This document shows, in pieces, positions 39,269 through 51,900 of a stretch of DNA of 64,000 nucleotides. The position numbers and the translations under genes were made by a program. Source of the DNA: Octopus sinensis (taxonomy: Eukaryota); NCBI RefSeq assembly GCF_006345805.1, contig NC_043007.1:63798001-63862000 (forward strand), written 5' to 3'. The notes under the pieces are model-generated. The model made no database searches. It saw only the letters and a list, made by a program, of their open reading frames with translations, and was not told where the DNA came from. Position 1 is the first letter of the stretch; each line of letters begins with the position of its first letter.

Positions 39269-39417
39269 TTCCTCAGCATAGAAAAATCCAACACATGGAA
39301 AACTTCCAGATGTGATATAAAGAGATGTTGCAGGTGGTGAGAGACGAACAGCAGAATAAAATCCTTTCACATTTGATGCAATTGTCATTTGACTAAAAGC
39401 ACTAGGGCTGCATATAC
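39269..39417 (-). CDS. RAB3GAP2: RAB3GAP2 exon 9
   Basis: tcag|GICSPSAFSQMTIASNVKGFYSAVRLSPPATSLYITSGSFPCVGFFYAEE|gtaaga. Confidence 0.95.
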
Positions 39418-40399
39418 CTGATAACACAAAAAAAAAGAAACTTTCACTTTAAACAAATATGTGTATTTTGTAGGAGATGGTAGTTTTCTACAGGATATGA
39501 ATATACTCTACTGTGTAATATTTTAAGTTTTATCATGTTTGAGGAAGAAAGTACATTGTGGAGAACACAGGAAGAACTTTCTTGGATTGAAAGGGAAGAG
39601 AAAACAGTCATTATTCACAAAATGAACAATTTGGTATATTGGATAAAGAAATTATAAAAAGAAACTCAATAGAGATAGCGAGAATCAAGGAAGAGGCAAC
39701 TGAAGTTTGTAGATATATGCAGAGGTGGGTTGTAGTAAGCTGCAACTGGGAAAAGAAAATCCCATTATAGTTATAATGGTAACAAGAGGCCAGAGTTAAG
39801 ACAGAAATTTATTTTTAATGAGAAAGAAGCTATTAATAATGTGGATAAATTTCTTCTGAATGCAGCTATGATGTCAGTGACTGAAGCCAATATGTGCCAT
39901 CTTAAGTATAAAATCAATACTTCATAACAGGACAAACTTGAGACTGGCCGAGTGACATATAGCCACAAAATCCTAAAGTAAATCTTAGCTCTAATAAAAG
40001 GAACAAAATTTCTTTGATAAAATTTCAGCAAAGTTAATTAAGATTGATTCCACATTTAAGATGTTATACCTCCTCCTCTAAGCCACCAGGGCTTCAATTA
40101 TATTCAGAAATGGTTAATCCATTTATTCTCTTCAGATATACTATTCAGCCTTTGCTTTTTCTTCTAATACTGTAAAGATCCCTGGTTTGCTGAATTTACT
40201 AGTGGCACACAGGCTGAGATTCACACAATTTGTATCAACTTTTTTATATGCCATCAGCTACACTGCCTTTGTTTGACTCAACACTAAACAATATAAAAAT
40301 TCTTTCACCTCACAATATAACTTCAGTTCTCAATTTTTTTTCATTCATGTATCGCTCATTTTTACTATCCTTCAGGTTATTCTCAAAGACATTATCATC

Positions 40400-40860
40400 A
40401 TCACTTAATGTCTGTTTTCCATGCTGGTATGGGGTGGACAGTTTGATAGAAGCTGGCCTGCTGAAGAGCTACCCAGGCACCATGTCTGCTTTGGCATGGT
40501 CTCTACAGTTGGATGCCCTTTCTAACACCAACCACTTAATGAAGTGTATTGGATGCTTGTATGCAGCACCAGTATAGGTGCCCTTTATGTGGAAACAGCA
40601 CTTATGAGCCTGCAAGATTAGGGATGCTCAGCTGGAAAGGGTTGCAAGGGCAATCATGCTTTTACTGAGCTTGGCATGTCTTTTCATGCACGGCAAACTG
40701 CTAGGATTCTCAGTCCCCTCTCAATTTCTCTGTGAGTCCCAAAATTTGTAGGTTCTTCTTCACCCATTTGTCCCACATCTTTCTGGGTCTACCCTTTCCA
40801 CAGGTTCCTGCTACAATTAGAGATTGGCGTCTCTTGATGCAACTGTCCTCATTCATACAC
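40400..40860 (-). mobile_element. 5'-truncated RTE LINE 3' end
   Basis: Reverse strand gives NEDSCIKR..LIVAGTCGKGRPRKMWD; (CAT)n tail at ~40412-40421. Confidence 0.75.
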
Positions 40861-41202
40861 ACATATATATACTTTAGCAAGCACATACTGCACCTCTTGG
40901 CTTCAAAGTTTGCTAAATATTATCCCTATACTTTTCCCTTTCTAACAGCCTGATCCAAAAAGTGTTTTTTTTTCCTTAATAAGCATCAAAGAGAAACTAT
41001 TTTACAGTAAACTAACAGCAGGCATCATGCAGGGTTTTACTATAACACAGCAAAATTTGATGAAAACAGATTAGGAAGTGCCAATCATTGGATACTGTAA
41101 CACATCAGATCTATCCTTTTACTACCTCAACCATCTACATTACCAATGAAAAGGCAACAGTAAAATACAATTAAAACTTTAAAAAAATACATTTTTATTT
41201 AC

Positions 41203-41304
41203 CTCTGCTACACTGGTCGAAGATTTGGTCTTGGTCTTGGAAAGCCCATTTTTTGTATGCTAAAGGTGGAGCTTGCAGGAATGACTCACTATGACTAGCA
41301 GCAG
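41203..41304 (-). CDS. RAB3GAP2: RAB3GAP2 exon 8
   Basis: tcag|AAASHSESFLQAPPLAYKKWAFQDQDQIFDQCSR+G|gtaaat. Confidence 0.95.
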
Positions 41305-41339
41305 CTGAAGAAGACATATTCATATTTAACCCTTTAGCA

Positions 41340-42480
41340 AGTGTTGCCAACTAAAAATCACAATTTTATGCTAAATTTCAGTAGAAAAAAATACCAAAAA
41401 AATGCTCAAAACTAAGAAAAAAGAAATGCTGAAGACAAATTATATCAAAAAGCTTAATTTTTATTTACTTTCTTTAATTATATTCAGCATTGAGAAATAA
41501 TCTCTTGAATTTCACTGATTTGATCACTTTCAGCTGCAGTGCCTAGGTCTTGACTTCTGTATACATTCAAGGTCCCTATCTTGTTAATTATGTGTTTTGG
41601 AATATCGAAGCTTTTGCAACATGAGCCATATCTTTTCAAGCCATATTTTATAGACAATATTGATCTAAGCATAGGAAGATGCATTTTGTTTTTCAATTTT
41701 GATTTGATTACACCCATACTACTGAACAACCGTTCAACTTCTGCATTTGAGTTTGGCAATGTCAATAGATTAATGGCAAAATTTGCAACATCTCTAAAGG
41801 ATTTCCTCCAGTAGCTTCTTTATATTCCAAAACTTCCAGCCAGAATGCCTCAGTATTGGTTGTATTTGTCCATTTAACTAAATGAATGCTATTAAACTGA
41901 ATTTCAACTGAAGCAATTTTTTTCTTCATTTAACCCTTTTGTTACTGTATTTATTTTGAGATGCTCTGTGTTTCTTTAAATTATTTTAAATATAACAATG
42001 AATTTAGTAAAATAACTTACTTATCATTAAGCAACTAAGGTTTGCTGGTATATTTTAATGAAAAACTAATGAAAACAAAACATTTATACTACAGAGCCAG
42101 AGCCGGTTTTGGCCAGGTTGGTAACGGAAGGGTTAAATGCATTGCTTCTAAGACAGATAAAATTGGCTCTTTGAAATGCTGCAAAATATTCTCTACTGAA
42201 AACATTTGATATTCCTCAGTATATTAATATTTTCTGGCAAACGGTGCTTGAGCTCTTTATAAAAACAGAGTAAAAATTTTCTTTGGTGGCTGTTACAGTC
42301 TTCTTGATAATCATCTCTGCTATCTTTCTCTTGAACCTGTAGCCTAAATTTGGTTTAGGATCCAAAAATTTTTCAATAGAAGCATGAGGATCAAGAGGAT
42401 CGATACTACAGGTTAGCAACACTATCATATTAGCAACAGATTTGATTAAATTTGAAAGATCTTCAAGTAATTTTGTTTTG
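41340..42480 (-). pseudogene. hAT transposase remnant (C-terminal dimerisation domain)
   Basis: LPNSNAEVERLFSSMGVIKSKLKNKM, preceded by KWTNTTNTEAFWLEV; TIR-like AGTGTTGCCAAC at 41340; split by the piggyBac MITE. Confidence 0.85.
41934..42132. mobile_element. piggyBac MITE (199 bp)
   Basis: TTAA|CCCTTTTGTTAC ... GTAACGGAAGGG|TTAA; interrupts the hAT remnant. Confidence 0.88.
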
Positions 42481-42959
42481 TTGACTCACTTCCTGAACAT
42501 GTTTTAAAATTGGATGCAAAAATAAAAGATAAAATTCATTCCTAGAATCACAAAACATTTCATGTAACATTTGCAGGGTGGCCAACTTATAAATGGAAAA
42601 GAAAAATCTGCAGTAATCCTAAAACTGTGTTCTGATATAAACCTGGGAACATCATATTTCGCTTCCAGTCTTACATTTAATATCTATTGGTAAAACCACA
42701 CATATAACTACAATACTTGAAAAAAAAAAGTATGTTGAAATATAAATGGGGAGACCCTGCCACCCCCGTACTTCTACACAAGATATATAATCCAAAACAA
42801 GCATGAAAAGACACATGCCTATTTTAAAACAGTCAAACTGAAAGTAAATTAGTCAACCTGTCATGATAAAACTAATCACTACAGAATAAAGCATTGTTAG
42901 GACAAATTTCCAAGCTTTCATTCTTTGGAACATATTTACATTATTGTGCAGTGAGTTCA

Positions 42960-43155
42960 GGTGGGGCACAGACACTACACACACACATGATGGTCTTCCT
43001 TCAGTTTCCATTCACCAAATCCACTCACAAGGCTTTGGTCAGCCTGGGGCTATGGTAGAAGACACTTTTCCAAAGTGCCTTGCAATGGGACAGAACTTGG
43101 AACTATGTAGCTGCAAAGCAAACTTCTTACCACACAGCCATGCCTGTGCTTATGT
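42960..43155 (-). mobile_element. SINE 5' half, same family, inverted
   Basis: 'ccttcagtttccattcaccaaatccactcacaaggctttggtc' is the inverse of the SINE body. Other partial copies at ~17560-17735(-), 24720-24830(-), 31320-31465(-), 37994-38140(+), 45100-45225(-) and 51412-51520(+). Confidence 0.8.
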
Positions 43156-43553
43156 CTACATGAATTAAAAGACATAAAAATGAGCAGGGATATAAACAGA
43201 AATATAGCAGTGAAGAAATTAATGAATTACAGTAAATATTTTAAAAACTGTATTACATTAATTTGTAGAAAGATTTTTAGTGACAAGTATAAAACTTATT
43301 GTCTTTGTATAACACAAAATAAAAGTTTAGAGCAAATTTGTGGTTTTGTTCATCAGACACATTATATACTGGTACATACAGCATATACATACATTATAAA
43401 CAAATGTGTACTAACATACACTCACACAATTTGTCACATAATTTTGACAGGTTTGCATTCGGTACTACATACTATTCCAAAGAATTAAGGCCTAATGTAT
43501 TGAGGAAACATTAAAAAATAGCTATGGAACAATACATAATAGTTGGCACTTAC

Positions 43554-43653
43554 CTCTTGCCACTTGGTTTCGACAGGCTCGTAAAGACTGAAACAAGCTG
43601 AATCCATCTATTGTAAGGAAAGCCTTCTTGTAAAGAATCATTAATTCTTCATG
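43554..43653 (-). CDS. RAB3GAP2: RAB3GAP2 exon 7
   Basis: tcag|[33 protein letters not shown]+G|gtaagt. Confidence 0.97.
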
Positions 43654-45416
43654 CTGAAAAATAATAATACATATGAACAAAATTTCACTTCAAAAAATGT
43701 TTAGATTTTCAATAAATTTTCCCCAACTACTCCTCTCTACTTTAAGTATATTGTGTAAGCATGATTTCTATAAAAATGTGATGATATTTAAAAATATATA
43801 TCTATAATAACCAGGATTATAAATCCACACCTAAAGGTTTCCTGCACTCAACTTTATTTGACTGTAGTAGGTTTAAATGAATGGATATCAAACAATACTC
43901 AAAACTGATGCAATGTGATAATTCTACTTTGCTTCAGAATCAATAAACCCTGATAAAACAGCTAGTGTGTACAGATGATACCAAAATGTTGCTCTAGTTT
44001 CTCTAAGTCCAAGTCTTGTTTCTCTAATTACATCATTAACAAATAAATAATAAGAAATAAGAATTATGAAATTCTGACCACCACTTGAGATATTAAGTAC
44101 CACTATGCCTGAAAAACAAAGCAAGAAAACTTGAGCGGTTTTAGCAAGAAATTCTTTCCAAAACAAGGTTAAACTTTGTTTCTCAGTTCCAGTTTTCAAC
44201 TCTAAGCAGTAACACTGTTTGAATTGTAGTTATATGCAGCATAGAATTTGGCAAGAATTGCAGTTACTTAAATACCATGAAGAGGAATTCAGGCATTTTT
44301 TTAAATAGGGTGACATGATTTTATTTATTTATTTATTTTTTGCATACACTTGGGGTTGGATGTGGAATACTGTGCAGTTTTTCTGTAAGATAGGGTTACA
44401 GTACTTTGGCTCACTTATAGGCATTAATGATCTACCAAAAATCTTCTTTGCAATATGTGTTTATTCTATCATCTCTTCCTTTATTGAAACAAAAATGTTG
44501 AGAGCATGGTACTATTTTCCAGAGTCTTATTTGTGATATAAATTCTTCAAATAAACCCTAGTTTTACAGGACAGAATATAATCTATCATGCTGATATCAT
44601 GTAAATCAAGTGTAATTATGCATATCTCAATATATTTCCTTTTCAAGGAATAGAGCTTCGATCTTTAACTATATATACATACATCTATCATCATCATCAA
44701 CCTTAAACATCTGATTTCCATGCTGGCATGAGTTGCACGGTTTGAGCATAGCTATAAAGCAGGAGAGGTGCCCCAGATTCCAGTCTGATTTATCCTGGTT
44801 TCTAGAGTTGGATGACTATTTTAATACCAATCGCCATTTAATATCCACTTTTCAATGCTTGCATAGGTAAGACAGATGGACTTGTTGAGGCAGATTTTCT
44901 GTGGTTAGATGTCTTTCTTTTTCCACCCCTCACCTGTTTCTAAGCAAGGTAGTATTTTCCTATGGCCAGACTCGTTTTACACAAGGGACTGGAAACAAGC
45001 AACATCACTTGTATGAAGGTGATACTCGTTTACAATCATCATGTGATGTCCAGACAAGAGTACACACAAACATAAACATACACACATGCGCGCACACACA
45101 CACACACACACATGATGGGCTTCTTTCACTTTCCCTCTACCAAATCTACTCACAAGGCTTTGATCAGCTCAGGGCTATAGCAGAAGTCACTTGCTCAAAT
45201 AAAATGCAACACAGTTGGACAACTGAATCAGAAGTACATGATAGTTTCTCCCAAAGTAGAAATTGGGAAAAAAAACTTAGGATATGGGTAAGTATATTCA
45301 GGTGTTAGAACTGAACTTGCTTCACAAATGAAATTTCATAGAAAAGATAATAATTATGCATACACAAACCAAAATACAAATTCAATGCAGTAAATGAAAT
45401 GCAATATCAACTCTAC

Positions 45417-45518
45417 CTGTTCAGCCATCCCAAGATATCTTGGTGCTTCATAGGATTTGCATTTCAGCTTCTGAACTGGTTCCTCATGCAATAGTTGTGA
45501 TAGCAATAATGTTCCATT
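45417..45518 (-). CDS. RAB3GAP2: RAB3GAP2 exon 6
   Basis: gtag|[34 protein letters not shown]|gtagag. Confidence 0.95.
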
Positions 45519-46085
45519 CTACAAAGAAAATACAGTATTAAATATAAATTTTTTAAAATTAACGTTAAAAGAGAATAAAATAAAAAAAATAAAAGGTAAA
45601 TATATTATTATATTTATGTATTTGTTTTGCAAGTTTCCTATCGTGAAACTATATGTTGAAACAGATATTGTTATATTTGGGGAGGGTCATGTTTTTTAAC
45701 CCCCGTTAACTACATACACTATATACTTGGTCTTCTTAAATCCTTTGTCACACATTCTGAGACCTCTTCAGTGACTCTCCACTCCATGTATCTCCTCCTG
45801 TTTTGTTTAGTCCATTTAGAGAATGGACTAAGCAGAACAGGAGACACATGGAGTGGAGAGTTACAAAAGAGGTCACAGAATGTGTGATGAAAGATTTAAG
45901 GTAAAGGGCACTAAAGTAAGAATAATAATAAAGTTGAAGTGAAGATCAAGTATATAGGACATGTGGTCAATTGACAAAATGAAAAAAAAAAAAAAAACAT
46001 TACCATCCCCCAAACTACAAATTCTGTATTATTGCTTACATTTAATTCTCTGTCTTGGAAAGACATTAGCATATTTAGGAATTAA

Positions 46086-46303
46086 CCTTTCAACACCAAT
46101 CTACCTGAGACCACTCCTGCTACTAGGCTACAACCATCATATTTTAAAGTGGTCTAAATTAAAATTTCCAATTAAAATTTCATGCTGATTTATGTTCCAA
46201 AAAATCAGCTTAATAATGACACGTTATTTTACCACATTCTTAATTATTTATAAATTTCACTGAAATAAAGATCTATTTCAGATGAAATATGGTAACAAAA
46301 GGG
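46086..46303. mobile_element. piggyBac MITE (218 bp)
   Basis: TTAA|CCTTTCAACACC ... GGTAACAAAAGGG|TTAA. Confidence 0.75.
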
Positions 46304-46763
46304 TTAATATGGATTGTGGCAGGAAGGATATTAGTACTATTGTGCATCGAGACTTAAGGCAAATGAAATGCACCATGATGTTATTGAAAGTATCTCAGCT
46401 AGTTTCAAAATGGAGTTGATAGTTCCAAAAGACAATACCAAAAATAGAGAGGGATCACAAATGTATATACAACTTGCAAAAGTAACTTTGAACTTGAACA
46501 TGATGTCACAGATTCTTAGAAGTTGGTTGCTTGTTTTGAAGAATACACAGATATGCTGTGCACAATGTGCACAAATATAACCACAATGAGAATGGTAGTT
46601 CTAGATTGCCAGACAATGCTATCTTAGCTGATTATAGACGTCTAAGTGCACTGTGCCATATAAAACCCTGCATTGTACAACTTATATAGCATGTATAATT
46701 TTTCTTGCAAATGTTAGCTTTGTCAGCTATCTAATCATTGAATACTAAGTAATCATGTCTTAC

Positions 46764-46839
46764 CTCTGTGTACATACGAATGTATCCCGAAGAAAAGCCA
46801 ACTATTACACAAGTCCAATCTGGAGCTCCTTGCATGCTT
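46764..46839 (-). CDS. RAB3GAP2: RAB3GAP2 exon 5
   Basis: cacag|[25 protein letters not shown]|gtaaga. Confidence 0.96.
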
Positions 46840-47672
46840 CTGTGAAAACAATATAGATACAATATATATAGATAAACAGAATAAAATAAGTGAATGTTTA
46901 TTTAGACAATAATGATGATGGTAATTTAGAAATTTATAGCATACCTTCTGACATTAGGCATCTAAGTGGTGATCAGTTATGTAACACAAGAAAAGTAAAT
47001 TCTTTTAGAGTTTAACATCTCTCCCACAAAATCCATGCCCTTTAGTTAATATTAAAAATCAATATTGCTGTTTATGTTTATGCAATGTGTTGGCAATGCT
47101 AGTCTGTGTATAGAATATCAAACTAAAAACACTCTTATACTGTTTAGTTTCAACTTTTCCTGCTCCGAGCTATAATCCTTCCAGGATCAACTTTACCTTC
47201 CATCATTTAATAAAATACAACCACTAATGTATTACAATTAATTTGATTATATTCCAGTCTTGAAAAAAAAACAAAAATTGTCCTAATGTCTAAGGAAGAA
47301 ATTATTTGCAACTTTCTAAAGACTGCCTCAGTGTTAAAAATAGGGAAAAAGAATTTAGTTATGGAAATAGAAATGAGAGTAGTCTTAATGGCATATTTTT
47401 CTCTTTACCACAATCTTGTTATAAGATGAGACACACCAAATGAATTTAGGGCATCTATGAAACACTACTTCCTAAATTCCACATAAGACTGGCTTGCCTC
47501 AGCTTGCTTAACTGTAACACAAGTCGCCCCATTCCTATTAGTTGTGAGAATAATCATTAATCGAGCTGTACAATAATACAAAAAGTTGATGATTCAATTA
47601 ACATGTAAATAAGAAAATCTCTAAACATGATCCCAGCATGAATGAAAACTAAAATAAATTTGAAAGGCTTAC

Positions 47673-47720
47673 TTTTTCTGAGATGCAAGAGGTAAGCACA
47701 AAACCGCTGTAATTTGTTCA
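47673..47720 (-). CDS. RAB3GAP2: RAB3GAP2 exon 4
   Basis: gcag|EQITAVLCLPLASQK|gtaagc, 48 nt. Confidence 0.95.
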
Positions 47721-47869
47721 CTGCAAAAAATAAAGAAAAATGTTATACAGAATCTTGTATTTAACAACAACAACAACAATAATAATAATAATGCCCTGAT
47801 GCAAGGCTGTGGCTCTCAAGGCTTCTGATCTTAACTGATTGGAAGTGTTAACATGTACATGCACCTCTT

Positions 47870-49850
47870 ATGTGTCCATGACCAATTTTATGGCACCATC
47901 TTGCAGATTACCTCGTTGACAAATGACAGGGACCTTCTTTCTGTGACTGGCAACTCCAATGGGCATGTTGGACAACATGAAGGGGGCTTCCATGGCATAC
48001 ATGGAGGCTATGGTTTTGGTTCCCACACTGAGGAGGGAGCCGGGCTGCTGAAGTTCCGCAATGCAAATGATCTTATGGTTTGTAATACTAACTTCAGGAA
48101 ACCGACCAGTCACCTATTCACCTACCAATCTGGTGGACACACTAGTCAAATTGATTACATCCTTGCCGGCTACTTATAAATGCCAAAACCTTCCCAGGTG
48201 AAGAATGCAACCCACAACATAGATTAGTAGTTAGCAACTTCAGGATCAGGGCTAAATGGATGCCCAGAAGATCCTGCAAATGGACAGAGATTTAGAGATG
48301 TATTACTCAAGTTTTTGACGAAATAGAGGGGGATATAGCATCACATGATGTGAAAAACAATTGGAGTTTTCTACGGGACAACCTGTTGAGGGCTACTGAT
48401 CAGATCTGTGGATGGTGCAAAGTCCCCTCTCGATCCAAGGTAACATGGTGGTGGAACAATGTGGTTAGACAAAAGAAACAGGCTTGGAAGGACTGGAAGA
48501 ACAGTGGTAGCATGGAATTGTATCAGATTGCCAGAAGGGAAGCTAGAAGACAGGTTTACTTAGCTTGAGGGGAAGCAGTTAAGAAAAAATTTGCCAGTGT
48601 TCTGCGCCATGAGGACCAAAGATTTGAAGTGTTTCGTGTTGCAAGACAGAATCATGATGTCATAGGAAAGAGTGTGTCTGCATGGATGATGGCTTACTTG
48701 CATTTAATGAGAGAGAGTTGGAAACACCACTATGAAAGGTTGTTAAATGAAGAGAATGAATGGGAGAAAGAGAGTCTGCCAAATGTCAACCCAACAGAGG
48801 GACCAGCTATACAAATTGACAGTACCTTGGTAGATAAAGCAATTAAGGGTATGAAGACAGGAAAAGCCCCCGGCCCATCAGGAATCACCATGGAGATGCT
48901 TAAAATGTCTGGCAGTGTCAGCTATGGTCTAGTCACCCATATAGTCAATCAAGTGATACATGAGGGAGTCGTGCCTATTGACTGGTGAGATAGCACTGTA
49001 GTCAACTGTTACAAGGGTGAAGGTGATGCACTGGATATGAATGATTACAGAAGTATCAATTGTTGGATCAGGTAATGAAAATCATGGAGAGGGTCATAGC
49101 CCAACTAATTAGGAAGAGAATCAGTTTAAATGAGATGCAGTTTGGGTTTGTGCCAGGGAAAAGCACCACTGATGCTATATTTCTGGTAGAAATACCTAGC
49201 CAAAGTTAAACCTCTGTACTTGGCTTTTGTTGACATGGAGAAAGCCTTTGACAGTATCCCCCGATCCCTTATTTAGTGGTCAATGCAGAAACTAGAGATA
49301 GATGAATGGTTAGTGAGAGCTGTACAAGCCATGTACAGGGATGCTGTCAGTAAGGCTAACCATTCTCCTCTAGTTCTGATAGTGACTTGGTGGCTATTAG
49401 AGCAAGGTCATCAGCATAGAGAAGCTCCCAGGGGCATGCTATCTTGAAGTCCTCTGTTATTGTCTGGAGGACTATGATAAATAAGAAGGGGCTGACGACT
49501 GAATTCTTTGCTGTACCAATGCAGGCTGGCTGGTCTCTTGTCAGTGGCACATAAAAAGCACAATTTGAGTGTGGTCGTTGCTTGACTGGTTCCTATGCTG
49601 GTGGCATGTAAAAAGCACCATTCAAGTGTGGTCGATGCCAGGACTGCCTGACTGGTCCTCATGCCGGTGGCATGTAAAAAGCACCCACTACACTCTTGGG
49701 GTGGTTGATGTTAGGAAGGGCATCCAGCCGTAGAAACTTTGCCAGATCAGATTGGAGCCTGGTGCAGCCTTCTGGCTTGCCAGCCCTCAGTCAAACCAGC
49801 CAACCCATGCCAGCATGGAAAGCAGATATTAAATGATGATGATGATGATT
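47870..49850 (+). mobile_element. RTE-clade LINE remnant (AP endonuclease, partial RT, 3' UTR, (GAT)n tail) with an internal inversion
   Basis: NGHVG...HTSQIDYIL (endonuclease); QFGFVPGKSTTDAIF and AFVDMEKAFD (RT); the LLYADDL segment is on the minus strand; tail GATGATGAT at ~49834-49849. Confidence 0.9.
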
Positions 49851-50761
49851 TGCTTGATCATAACCAATTGAGCATGTCCCTTAGTGGCTGACAATATGTG
49901 CATCTCTGATCACAAGCAGGAGTAGTGGGAAAGTGTCAGCCATGAGTTGAGAGGGATTCTTTGGGGTTTGAATGATTCACTTCTGGAAACATGGGTGTGT
50001 CATTCATCATCCTGCAACGACTCTTATTCAGGGACCTTTTGAGTGGGATGAGCTACTTTGCCTGAGAAAAACTCTAATCGGGCCTCACTTGCAAGATCAT
50101 GCACTATTGATCTTGATATGAAGGTCAAAATGTCATGTACATATGGTTGCAATGCATGTACCTTATTAGATGGGTAGTCATGAGGGGTACATTGGGCTTC
50201 GTATATTTGTACCCCAGAGTCACTTTGGTGGAATGAGCTACTCTCTCACTCAAAGATGATAACAATGAACTTATTGTGTACAGTCCTCTGGAAAAGGGCA
50301 AATGAGGGGATAAAAAGCAGCATTAATTAAAAAATTTCCATAACCTTGAGTTGATCAACACCTTGTTAATGAAATCTGCTAGGCAGAAGCTGTACAAAAG
50401 CCTGTTGTGTGTGTGTGTGTGTGTGTGTGTGCGTGAAAAATTATATATTCAAGCAAAAATATCGTACAATATTAATTTTCTCCCCTTTTGCCAATGTTCA
50501 CTTTGCTTTTCCTATCTTACAACAAATAATAAGACAAATTACTGGGATTGAAATAATCAACTAAAACCTTTCAATATGCTGTCCCACAGTGGTTGCTGTC
50601 CAAAAAGAATAGAAAAGAAAGGTATATTATGTAGCTTTTATAAGATTGGTGCAAATAAAACATTTAAAATTTAAGTTAATAAAAAGAGGATTAGTGATAA
50701 GAAAAATTGACCTAAGAAATATTTCTAACCTTATAATTTACGCATAAAAAAGTTTACTCAC

Positions 50762-50846
50762 CCTTCTTCCTGTCGCAATGAACCTTGCCACACTGGACTA
50801 AGTTTAGATTCAAGACTTTCTTCTGAACCTTGGGGGTCATATTTCT
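50762..50846 (-). CDS. RAB3GAP2: RAB3GAP2 exon 3
   Basis: gtag|(Q)KYDPQGSEESLESKLSPVWQGSLRQEEG|gtgagt. Confidence 0.93.
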
Positions 50847-51900
50847 CTACAAAAAAAAAATATTATCAAATATGAACCATAACCAATAATGTTTTAACAT
50901 TTGTTTTCCTATGCTGGGATAGTTTATATGGGTCTACCAAGCAGTAATCTAGCACCGATCACAATCTTTTGTCATAGCATTTGTGAGGCCCAGCATCATG
51001 GTTTATGGTTTCATCATTTCCTCCCATATCTATCTTCTTTTCAGCACTCTTTCACTCACTACTTGTCATCCATTTGCAATCATATGTCCTGTATTGCCTT
51101 GGTATTTTCTGCTATATACATTGACTAAAAAATAATGCTCTCAACATTAATTTGTTTTTGCAGCTCAGTTATACCTTGTCTTTTATAAAAGTTACCAATA
51201 CACACTAAACAGACCACCACACTTCTTTCCAATCTCCACACAACTCTCAAATGTCTAACTATCAGACAATAGCACAAAATGGTATATTTAAGCAAATATA
51301 AAGTAACTTTGGTTAAAGGAATACTCTTTCTTTCAACTAAAATGTTGTCAAACTGAATGAAACAAGTATGTTTTTTCTTTTGTTTTATTTTACTGGCCTC
51401 ATGGCTAACTACTGGTGCATAGCCTAGTGGTTAGGGTGTTGTACTCACAATCATAAGATCATCGTTTTCATTCCCGGACTTGGGTTGTGTTCTTGAGCAA
51501 AACTCTTCATTTCACATAAGTGAGACCGTAACCATGGCCTATGCCAGTGCAGCATAACCAGCCCATTTAGGAGTACCCTTCAATCATTGGAAATTTTGAT
51601 GGATGATTTTAATTTTGATCACTTTAAAACAAGATGTTTGTGTTCTAAAGCCAGGGGCAGTCTCAGGCAGTTTGATAACAAAATGGTTACTAGATTCCTG
51701 GGAGGTGTAAAGCAAATTGAAGGTAGAATGCTGAGGCATCAAATAAGAGATAAATAAATTAGTTTGGATGGCTTCTAACCACCTGTATTATCCTCCAAAT
51801 TTCCTTATTCTGATAAGAATGACAACAAAAGTAGATATCTGATGATGATGGTAGTTGTATTGAGATTATAAATATGATGATGAGTTACAAATGATATCAA

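Noticed and set aside
42577-42760. Possible hAT MITE (CAGGGT...ACCCTG)
   Set aside because: Short TIR match and no 8-bp target duplication.
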